Source of the DNA: a virus
Length of the DNA: 43,019 nucleotides
Virus genome (UHGV): UHGV-0172637
Direction: 5' to 3' (one strand)
Positions within the stretch are counted from its first letter, which is position 1; every line of letters starts with the position of its first letter. The position numbers and the translations under genes are program-made. Of this stretch, positions 35,314 to 43,019 are shown one piece after another. The notes under the pieces were generated by a model. That model saw nothing but the letters and a program-made list of their open reading frames with translations, searched no databases and was not told the origin of the DNA.

Positions 35314-38300
35314 ATGGCTAAAGCAACCCTTATCAAAGGCCGCAAGGGCGGCAGTTCCAGTTCCCGAACCCCAACCGAACAGCCAGATGATCTGCAATCT
35401 GTAGCGAAGGCTAAAATTCTCGTTGCGCTTGGTGAAGGGGAGTTTGCAGGGAAATTAACCGGAAAAAATATCTATCTGGACGGCACGGCGTTGGAAAACC
35501 CCGACGGCTCCCAAAACTTTAGCGGCGTGACGTGGGAGTTTCGCGCGGGAACGCAGGCACAAAATTACATTCAGGGCATTCCCGGTACCGAAAACGAAAT
35601 CAATGTTGGAACTGAAGTATCAAGCGCTACTGCCTGGACGCGCACCTTCACCAACACCCAACTATCAGCCGTTCGCCTGCGACTGAAATGGCCTTCACTG
35701 TTTAAGCAAGAGGACAACGGCGATCTGGTAGGGTATTCCATCAATTATGCGATAGACCTGCAGACTGATGGTGGGACCTGGCAAACCGTTCTTAATACCA
35801 GCGTAACCGGCAAAACGACGTCTGGTTATGAGCGCAGCCACCGTATTGATTTACCGCAGGCTGGCAGCACCTGGACAATCCGACTGCGTAAGATTACCGC
35901 TGACGCAAACAGCGCCAAGATCGGCGACACGATGACGCTGCAAAGCTTCACGGAAGTGATTGATGCCAAGCTGCGCTATCCGAACACCGCGCTGCTGTAC
36001 ATCGAATTCGACTCGAGTCAGTTTAATGGTTCAATACCCCAGATCTCCTGTGAGCCTCGCGGGCGCGTGATCCGTGTTCCTGATAATTACGACCCTGAAA
36101 CGAGGGCTTACAGCGGTACATGGCAGGGCGCGTTTAAGTGGGCCTGGACTGATAACCCGGCGTGGATATTTTACGATCTGGTGATTACCGATCGCTTTGG
36201 TCTGGGTAATCGCCTGACTGCAGCCAACATTGATAAATGGACGTTGTACCAGGTTGCCCAGTATTGCGATCAGCCGGTACCGGATGGAAAAGGTGGAAGC
36301 GGGACAGAACCACGCTATACCTGTAACGTCTATGTTCAGGAGAGGAATGACGCTTACACTGTGCTGCGTGACTTTGCGGCTATATTCCGGGGTATGACGT
36401 ACTGGGGCGGCGATCAGATTGTGGCCCTGGCTGACATGCCGAGAGATGTGGATTACGCTTACACTCGCGCTAACGTTATCGACGGACGCTTTACCTATTC
36501 CAGCAGTACAACAAAAACGCGCTATACAACAGCGCTGGTTTCCTGGTCTGATCCGGGTAACGCCTATGCGGATGCGATGGAGCCAGTGTTTGAGCAGCCT
36601 CTGGTGGCGCGGTACGGATTTAATCAGCTGGAAATGACAGCCATCGGCTGTACCAGGCAGTCAGAAGCTAACCGAAAGGGGCGCTGGGGCATTCTCACCA
36701 ACAACAAGGATCGCGTTGTTTCTTTTGATGTCGGGCTGGACGGAAACATTCCGCAGCCGGGCTACATCATCGCCGTGGCAGACGAGCTGCTTTCCGGAAA
36801 GGTTATGGGTGGCCGCATCAGCGCCGTTAACGGTCGCGTGATTAAACTTGACCGAGTGGCGGATGCAGTAGCAGGTGATCGCCTTATTCTCAACCTTCCC
36901 TCCGGTGCGTCACAGAGCAGGACCATTCAGGCCGTGAACGGGGAATCAGTCACAGTCACCACTGCGTACAGTGAGACGCCGCAGGCCGAAGCTGTTTGGG
37001 TGGTTGAATCGGACGAGCTTTACGCGCAGCAGTATCGTGTTGTCAGCGTCTCCGATAATAATGATGGTACTTTCTCTATTACCGGGGCATGGCACGATCC
37101 GGATAAATATGCCCGTATCGATACCGGAGCCATCATTGACCAGCGGCCAGTGAGTGTGATCCCGCCGGGTAACCAGTCGCCGCCAGCCAACATTGTGATC
37201 AGTTCATTTTCAGTGGTTCAGCAAAATATCAGCGTTGAGACTATGCGGGTGAGCTGGGACCAGGCGCAGAACTCCATCGCCTACGAGGCACAGTGGCGCC
37301 GCAATGATGGTAACTGGGTAAACGTGCCGCGCAGCTCCACCAACTCATTTGATGTATCGGGTATTTATGCAGGGCGCTACCTCGTGCGTGTGCGTGCCAT
37401 TAATGCCGCTGAAATATCCTCTGGCTGGGGCTACTCCGAAGAGAAAACGCTGACGGGTAAGGTGGGAAATCCGCCGAAACCTGTCGGCTTTGCGACAACA
37501 CCGATTAACTGGGGCATTCGTCTGAACTGGGGATTCCCGGCTAACACCGGGGATACACTGAAAACGGAAATTCAGTACACCGCGAACAGTGATTTCTCAA
37601 ATCCTCTTTTGCTGTCGGATGTGCCTTATCCTTCTGCTGAATACACTCAACTGGGATTAAAAGCGGGGCAGGAATTCTGGTACCGTGCGCAGCTGGTAGA
37701 CAGAACGGGTAATGAGTCAGGCTGGACTGACTGGGTTCGTGGTGAATCTAATGCGAATGCTGACGACTACCTGGGCGATATTGCTGATGACTTCCTGACT
37801 TCTGCCGACGGTAACCGCCTGACAAGCGATATTGATACCAACCTCGAAGCCGCATTGCAGAATGCGCTGGCAAACCATGCAACCGCGGAACACCAGTGGG
37901 CGCAGTACGGCGAAGTACGCGCGGATATTCTGGTAATTAAAACGACGGTCGCCAGTGTGGATAAGGCGATGGCTGAGCTGTCTACGCAGGTACAGGCACA
38001 GATTGAAGATGTGACAGCTTCACTCGAGGACAAACTGACCGCTACTGTCGATGCTTCGGGGGCTACAGCCATTCATACCCTGAAAGCCGGAGTGCGCATC
38101 AACGGTATTTTTTACAATGCCGGGATGTCGATTGCGGTGCTGGCCGAATCAGGTAAGCCGGTAGTAACCCGTGTCGGGTTTAACGCCAACCAGTTCGTCC
38201 TGATGAGTGGCAGCGGTGATACGCAGTATTCTCCTTTTGCTGTTATCAATGGTCAGGTATTTATTAGCGATGCGTTTATTCAGGATGGCAGCATTACCAA

Positions 38301-38517
38301 TGCCAAAATTGGTAATTTTATCCAGTCGAATAACTTCGTTGCGGGTTCAGCAGGCTGGCGCATTGATAAAGATGGAAACGCTGAATTACATGGCAAACTT
38401 TACGCTGACAGTGGCCAGTTTGCATTTAATGGCACCAATAACACTGTCGTCATCAACGGGAATGGGCTGACGGTCAATTTGTCCGGTGGTGGTAGGGTTG
38501 TAGTCGGGAGGTGGTGA
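35314..38517 (+). CDS. J: Central tail fiber / host specificity protein J
   Basis: 1067 aa; size, position after I and fibronectin-III-like central region consistent with lambda gpJ family. Confidence 0.85.
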   Translation: MAKATLIKGRKGGSSSSRTPTEQPDDLQSVAKAKILVALGEGEFAGKLTGKNIYLDGTALENPDGSQNFSGVTWEFRAGTQAQNYIQGIPGTENEINVGTEVSSATAWTRTFTNTQLSAVRLRLKWPSLFKQEDNGDLVGYSINYAIDLQTDGGTWQTVLNTSVTGKTTSGYERSHRIDLPQAGSTWTIRLRKITADANSAKIGDTMTLQSFTEVIDAKLRYPNTALLYIEFDSSQFNGSIPQISCEPRGRVIRVPDNYDPETRAYSGTWQGAFKWAWTDNPAWIFYDLVITDRFGLGNRLTAANIDKWTLYQVAQYCDQPVPDGKGGSGTEPRYTCNVYVQERNDAYTVLRDFAAIFRGMTYWGGDQIVALADMPRDVDYAYTRANVIDGRFTYSSSTTKTRYTTALVSWSDPGNAYADAMEPVFEQPLVARYGFNQLEMTAIGCTRQSEANRKGRWGILTNNKDRVVSFDVGLDGNIPQPGYIIAVADELLSGKVMGGRISAVNGRVIKLDRVADAVAGDRLILNLPSGASQSRTIQAVNGESVTVTTAYSETPQAEAVWVVESDELYAQQYRVVSVSDNNDGTFSITGAWHDPDKYARIDTGAIIDQRPVSVIPPGNQSPPANIVISSFSVVQQNISVETMRVSWDQAQNSIAYEAQWRRNDGNWVNVPRSSTNSFDVSGIYAGRYLVRVRAINAAEISSGWGYSEEKTLTGKVGNPPKPVGFATTPINWGIRLNWGFPANTGDTLKTEIQYTANSDFSNPLLLSDVPYPSAEYTQLGLKAGQEFWYRAQLVDRTGNESGWTDWVRGESNANADDYLGDIADDFLTSADGNRLTSDIDTNLEAALQNALANHATAEHQWAQYGEVRADILVIKTTVASVDKAMAELSTQVQAQIEDVTASLEDKLTATVDASGATAIHTLKAGVRINGIFYNAGMSIAVLAESGKPVVTRVGFNANQFVLMSGSGDTQYSPFAVINGQVFISDAFIQDGSITNAKIGNFIQSNNFVAGSAGWRIDKDGNAELHGKLYADSGQFAFNGTNNTVVINGNGLTVNLSGGGRVVVGRW

Positions 38518-38518
38518 T

Positions 38519-39463
38519 ATGCCGGAGGGGATATTAATCGACTATAACGATGGCCGTCCGGTGATGGCAATTACTGCGGGGTTGCGAGCGCCGAGTTTTT
38601 GTACATCGTTCTCGGGCTGGTCATCCCAGTTCATGCAGTACCCGGTCAATACGCCACTTGTTCCAGGTTCACAGGTTATCGTGGTGCCAACCAATCCCAT
38701 TTACATCTATTCCTTTGCTGAATTCGACGTGGCCATTATGACAGGAGTCACCCGCAACGGTAATTCCGGGATAATTATCGGGGCTGAGACAATCGGGGGT
38801 AAATCCCTCACTCCGGACTGGTCAGGCTACGTTATGGAGCTGCTGCCAGCGGCGACCTATAACGAAGGATTACTGGTTTCAAACTCGACTGACTTCACCG
38901 CCATATCCAATCAGGCCGCGCTGATGACCTGCGCTTACTCCGGACGTATTACGGTTAGCGGCAGCGCGCCGCTTCCGGTGAGCGGTATTCCTTTCGGCAA
39001 ATGGGATAACCCGAATGTGTCGGTGGGGTTTGATGGCACCAGTATCATCGTTCGCGATATTTCCTACACAGGGCGGGACGACGTGGCCGGAACGGCAACG
39101 ATAGACCTGGTGATATTCAATCAGACCGCACCAGTTGGCGGTGACGGTATCACGATGACCAACGCCGCAGGCCAGGTAACATTCTCCACGCTGAAACGCC
39201 CCTTTGTGTATGACCGACAAATCCAGATCACCGATGCCTTTCAGGATATTGGCGGTGGGTTCTGCCAGATAGTCTATACCGGCGTTCAGGTACGAATGAT
39301 TGGTGGATGGGGAAATATCAGAACCAAAGGTGTGGTCATGTCAGGCGGTAGCGTCAGGTCAGCCTACAACAAAGTATTTGCGGACCGCAATTCTGGCGCA
39401 TGGGATATGACCCGAAACAGAAATATCGCCATGCCCATTCTTATTCTTCCGAACATGTACTGA
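38519..39463 (+). CDS. Hypothetical tail-associated protein downstream of J
   Basis: 314 aa, start overlaps J stop (translational coupling); no motif recognised. Confidence 0.5.
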   Translation: MPEGILIDYNDGRPVMAITAGLRAPSFCTSFSGWSSQFMQYPVNTPLVPGSQVIVVPTNPIYIYSFAEFDVAIMTGVTRNGNSGIIIGAETIGGKSLTPDWSGYVMELLPAATYNEGLLVSNSTDFTAISNQAALMTCAYSGRITVSGSAPLPVSGIPFGKWDNPNVSVGFDGTSIIVRDISYTGRDDVAGTATIDLVIFNQTAPVGGDGITMTNAAGQVTFSTLKRPFVYDRQIQITDAFQDIGGGFCQIVYTGVQVRMIGGWGNIRTKGVVMSGGSVRSAYNKVFADRNSGAWDMTRNRNIAMPILILPNMY

Positions 39464-39472
39464 GGAAAGCCC

Positions 39473-40717
39473 ATGTCAGCAGGAACGTTAACCCTTAACA
39501 ATAACTCAGCCTCGGTTGCCGGAACTGACACCACTTTCACCACTGAGTTAGCTGCAGGTGATTTTATTGTGGTTGTCGTGGGTGGTGTGCCTTACACACT
39601 TCCCGTACTGGAAGTTAACAGCAATACACGGCTGACGCTGGTCAGTAATTACACCGGACCGCGAGCGACCGGGGCTGCCTGGTCTGCCGTTCCCCGCGTG
39701 GCGCTGAATATGGTTACCGCGGCGCTGGTGGCCCAGAGTGCTGAGGCGCTTCGGGGTCTGAACTACGACAAACAGAACTGGCAGCGGGTATTCAGTGGTA
39801 CCGGAACTATCACCGTCAGGTTGCCTGACGGGACAACATTCAGCGGCCCTGCGTGGAACAGTATTGTTCAGACGCTTGCAGGCAAGGCTGACCTGGTCAG
39901 CGGCGTGGTGTCAAAAATGCAGGGTGGGACAGGGTTATCCAGTCCCTTTGGCGCCGGGGCCGGTTCTTTCTGTGAGGGGAATGATGTCCGCCTTAACACT
40001 ATCGGCGGCAAATCCGGAGGCCAGATAACCAGCCCGTTTGGCAAGGTCAACGCATTGCCGGGGAGCTTTGACTCCCTCTATGCCGGAAACCGCAACTACG
40101 GTCTCTACCAGGAACAGATGAATGTACTCGGTGCAGGTTATCTGTATCCGCACATGAGTTTCAAGATGTACTGGCCAGGTCATTACGGCGGGGTGTTTAC
40201 ATGGTCTGCATGGGCAAATGACATGAATCCGGAGTATGTTCTCTCCTGGACAACGGAGGTGGGAACCACGCCGCACATGTGGCGGTTTAATGGCACTAAT
40301 GGTAACGCCACAGCTACCGGAAACTGGGTTAACGGCGGCTCGACTGTCAAAATTAAGGAAAAAGTCGAAGACATCCAGAATCCGCGCGAAACGATGCGGA
40401 TAATCCGCGCATGCACCTGGCGACTGAAAACGAAAAATGCTGACGGACGTTTCGGCATCGGTGTTCTGGCTGAAGGGCTATATGAAGCGTACCCGGAGGC
40501 GAAAGTCACAGCCGGTGATATCGAACTACGGGACGGGACTGTTGTTAAGGATGCCTTATCTGTACAGGCTGGCGATTCCGGCGTACTGGCCGCTGTTCAC
40601 CACGCAACCATTATTTCTCTGATGGATGAAAACGAAGCACAGCAGAAAGAAATCAATCAACTGAAAGCAGACATGGAGGCGCTGAAGAAAATTGTTGAAC
40701 AACTCGCCGCCAGATAA
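39473..40717 (+). CDS. Side tail fiber protein with C-terminal intramolecular chaperone-like domain
   Basis: N-terminus MSAGTLTLNNNSASVAGTDTTFTTELAAGDF typical of enterobacterial prophage tail fibers; C-terminal segment ending in coiled coil QQKEINQLKADMEALKKIVEQLAAR. Confidence 0.7.
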   Translation: MSAGTLTLNNNSASVAGTDTTFTTELAAGDFIVVVVGGVPYTLPVLEVNSNTRLTLVSNYTGPRATGAAWSAVPRVALNMVTAALVAQSAEALRGLNYDKQNWQRVFSGTGTITVRLPDGTTFSGPAWNSIVQTLAGKADLVSGVVSKMQGGTGLSSPFGAGAGSFCEGNDVRLNTIGGKSGGQITSPFGKVNALPGSFDSLYAGNRNYGLYQEQMNVLGAGYLYPHMSFKMYWPGHYGGVFTWSAWANDMNPEYVLSWTTEVGTTPHMWRFNGTNGNATATGNWVNGGSTVKIKEKVEDIQNPRETMRIIRACTWRLKTKNADGRFGIGVLAEGLYEAYPEAKVTAGDIELRDGTVVKDALSVQAGDSGVLAAVHHATIISLMDENEAQQKEINQLKADMEALKKIVEQLAAR

Positions 40718-40897
40718 TTCTGCTCTGGACCATCAAAGTGCAATGTCATAAAGCGAAATAACAGGGTGGGATCTGCCGCAACCATACCGTATGCAAGAGT
40801 ATGGCTGCGGCCGACTGGCGAACGTTCGATAGTGCGAGTACTGAATGATTGCCAGTCGCAGCGGATTGTACTTAAGCAATATGACGGTTCAAGGCGT

Positions 40898-41140
40898 TTA
40901 ATCTGAAACCAGCCACATATCAGCCTCTTCAAACATTTCCTGAACAGTACGGCTTATCTGTTCCTTCTCATGCTTGCTGGCGTCAGTGTTGATCGCCGGC
41001 AGTGTCATCATCGGTTTTACCCGGACATCAGCATCAGGGAAGACCCGGTGAACCCTCTTAGTCAATTCGCCCAGAATGATATCTTTTGCACCGGGCAGAC
41101 CATCAAAATTCCTTTTGCCATAAACGAGTTCTATGAACTT
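40898..41140 (-). pseudogene. dinI: DinI-family gene lacking a canonical start codon
   Basis: Minus-strand frame encodes KFIELVYGKRNFDGLPGAKDIILGELTKRVHRVFPDADVRVKPMMTLPAINTDASKHEKEQISRTVQEMFEEADMWLVSD, collinear with E. coli DinI as recalled; AAG (41138-41140) or ATA (41132-41134) occupies the expected ATG position; no SD. Confidence 0.6.
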
Positions 41141-41165
41141 ATAAGTGATGTGAGAATGGCAGAGT

Positions 41166-41894
41166 CTAATGTTTGTCCGATGATGTGAGTTGCTGCAAAC
41201 ATATATGTTCAGGATGCGGCCTGGATGCTATTTTTTTCCCTGAAGCGGAAAACATTACTACTGTACCTTTAACCCTGGTTTTAACATTCTCGAAATGCTC
41301 TGAAAGTATTTGTTTTAACCCTTCTTTGGAATCTTCGGTGTTTGAAAAGATGCCTTTCTGATTGTATATGCTCATCAGTTTTTTACCGAAGGTATTATGC
41401 ACAACGCCATCACCAACAATTGTGGCGCCATACAGAGTACCATCGTCAGTTAAGGCCTGCGCCGCATTGCGTATTACACAGGTTTTTGTCGATATATTTC
41501 CAGGCAGGCAGTGAAGAAGGTAAAACATTGAAATGGAATCAAATTGACCATGCAATGCTGCGGGATAAGGTTCAAAAACATCATGGCAAATTTTATGTTG
41601 AATTTTTGACTTTCCAGCCCTTGTTGATGCAGCGTTCAGGCTAGCTTCGTTCAAATCCATTAGAGATTTCAAACCACTTTCAGGTACGTGAGTAAGGTAA
41701 AACCCAGTTCCAACACCAATATCCAGATGGTTGTTACCTAAATGTTCCAGAAAGTGTGGAAGAAGGTATTCCTTTGTAGGGCATCCCCATGCAAGTCGAT
41801 TTGATACACCCAAAACCCACCAGTCATAAAGTTTTAGTGTGAATGGTGTGTAAACTTTAGCCCCATCATCTGTGTTTTTTTTCATTAATTTCAC
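41166..41894 (-). CDS. Class I SAM-dependent methyltransferase (small-molecule/protein type, not an obvious DNA MTase)
   Basis: Motif I LDIGVGTGFY; 242 aa; AT-rich 5' half. Confidence 0.6.
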   Translation of the reverse strand: MKLMKKNTDDGAKVYTPFTLKLYDWWVLGVSNRLAWGCPTKEYLLPHFLEHLGNNHLDIGVGTGFYLTHVPESGLKSLMDLNEASLNAASTRAGKSKIQHKICHDVFEPYPAALHGQFDSISMFYLLHCLPGNISTKTCVIRNAAQALTDDGTLYGATIVGDGVVHNTFGKKLMSIYNQKGIFSNTEDSKEGLKQILSEHFENVKTRVKGTVVMFSASGKKIASRPHPEHICLQQLTSSDKH

Positions 41895-41985
41895 CGTGTT
41901 ATAGTTTTGGTCATGAATTAAATCAATAATGGCGATGAATTACAAGGGGTTAAATGATGCCACGACGTAGCGATATTGAAATGGC

Positions 41986-42300
41986 TTGGCATGCTTCGAC
42001 ATGCGGGCATCGCGTTCACATTTCGGGGAAGGGATACTCCAGGGTGCGCTGCTTGTGGTAGATGCATCACTTTCTGCCTGCGATGGCTCACTGCTGATAT
42101 GTGCAATCGACGGGGAGTTCAGGATCAAACGATATCGAACACATCCTCAACCCCACCTGATTAATCTGGAGAGCGGGAGAAGGGAGGTGCTACCAGTAGA
42201 TGATGACGGTTACGGTTCTGCACCCGCTATATTCGGGGTGATTACTTACATCATTAATGATGCCAGGAACGCGGAGTTTGATGATTGTCCGGTGATGTAA
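41986..42300 (+). CDS. UmuD-prime-like S24 peptidase-fold protein lacking the N-terminal arm
   Basis: 104 aa; aligns to UmuD C-terminal domain (LLVVDASLSACDGSLLICAIDGEFRIKRY...IFGVITYII); upstream frame does not encode a UmuD N-terminus. Confidence 0.55.
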   Translation: MACFDMRASRSHFGEGILQGALLVVDASLSACDGSLLICAIDGEFRIKRYRTHPQPHLINLESGRREVLPVDDDGYGSAPAIFGVITYIINDARNAEFDDCPVM

Positions 42301-42969
42301 TCATATTGGCGTTATTAGTTCGGCCCCCTGATTTTTCACATTCCCAACGGCACGCGTTACGGCGTGCCATATAAATTTATCAGCCGGCACAACACCGTCG
42401 GCTGCAATTTCCGCTGCTTCTTTCCCTCCAACATCCTGCCTCATCCATTCGCGCGCGGCTTCCGGTAGCAGTATCAGCGGTCGTCTGTCGTGAATATCAA
42501 CCAGTCCTTTGTCAGCTGCAGCTGTAACTATCAGGAAACCTTCTGCTTCATCTCCACGTTCAAATGGTGTGCTGCCAATCGCCGCCATAAATATCGGCTG
42601 ACCATCGGCCCGATGAATGAAGTAAGGCTGCTTCGTGTCACCTTCCTTTTTCCATTCGTACCATCCATCAGCAAAGCAAATTGCACGACCGTGCTGCCAG
42701 AGTGGTTTAAACATTCTGCTGGTGGCCGCAGTTTCAGATCGAGCATTAATTAGCGGTGGCTTATCCCACCATCCAGGGGCATATCCCCAAATGACAGGGT
42801 CAAGGTGCAGTTGTTCATCACGTTCGCTCAGAAGCAAAACTTTTGTTCCTGGCGCTACGTTGAATCTTCCGATGGGTTCTGGATCGTATGGAATGTCGCG
42901 TTCTGATTCATCAGCGAGCAGGGCAAGATAATCTTCACGCGTCATTGACTGTGCAAAGCGTCCACACAT
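42301..42969 (-). CDS. SOS response-associated peptidase (SRAP/YedK family)
   Basis: 222 aa beginning MCGRF (catalytic Cys2), conserved SRAP signature throughout. Confidence 0.85.
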   Translation of the reverse strand: MCGRFAQSMTREDYLALLADESERDIPYDPEPIGRFNVAPGTKVLLLSERDEQLHLDPVIWGYAPGWWDKPPLINARSETAATSRMFKPLWQHGRAICFADGWYEWKKEGDTKQPYFIHRADGQPIFMAAIGSTPFERGDEAEGFLIVTAAADKGLVDIHDRRPLILLPEAAREWMRQDVGGKEAAEIAADGVVPADKFIWHAVTRAVGNVKNQGAELITPI

Positions 42970-43019
42970 AGAAACCTCCAGCCGTATGTCAGACTGAAAG
43001 TATAGGGCAGTAAGAAAAA

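Larger units (their letters stand above)
211..43019. mobile_element. Lambdoid prophage (lambda-like siphovirus); left junction at the tRNA-Pro fragment, right junction not identified in window
   Basis: Complete lambda-order gene set (int, xis, repressor/cro, replication, Q, lysis, terminase, portal, capsid, tail U-V-G-H-M-L-K-I-J, tail fiber) starting immediately right of a partial tRNA copy; no second copy of the att core seen by eye toward the right end. Confidence 0.85.

Noticed and set aside
40657-41188. Track ORFs 40657-40932 (minus) and 40970-41188 (plus)
   Set aside because: The minus ORF overlaps the tail fiber 3' end and the DinI-like reading; the plus ORF is antisense to the DinI-like frame, which has real homology. 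Both rejected in favour of the DinI-like call.
41196-41215. Possible LexA (SOS) box upstream of the DinI-like gene
   Set aside because: The palindrome AACATATATGTT and flanking CTG...CAG do not fit the CTGT-N8-ACAG spacing of enterobacterial LexA boxes; kept only as an unexplained palindrome.
40718-43019. Search for the right attachment site (second copy of the tRNA-Pro core)
   Set aside because: No recognisable repeat of the 211-258 core or intact tRNA found by eye; the right prophage boundary remains undefined rather than called.

Overview
The window is almost entirely a lambda-like (lambdoid siphovirus) prophage of an enterobacterial host, read left to right in canonical prophage order. 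A 48-nt 3' fragment of a tRNA-Pro gene with its terminator (172-258) marks the left attachment junction; the right junction is not in the window. Modules: integrase and excisionase; a short early-left operon; a cI-like repressor and Cro-like regulator with flanking operators; a replication initiator with internal iterons; two orphan DNA methyltransferases; RusA, a Rha-type antirepressor and antiterminator Q; a lysis cassette; terminase, portal and a protease-capsid fusion; and a lambda-type tail cluster (Z, U, V, G/G-T frameshift, H, M, L, K, I, J) plus a side tail fiber. Interleaved are at least seven visibly AT-rich or insulated accessory loci of unknown function. The strongest candidate for an undescribed system is a self-contained two-gene cassette between the lysis genes and terminase (17661-19536). 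The right arm carries DNA-damage-response genes, including a DinI-like gene the ORF track missed. All product calls rest on motifs and remembered homolog sequences; no database search was run and base composition was judged by eye.
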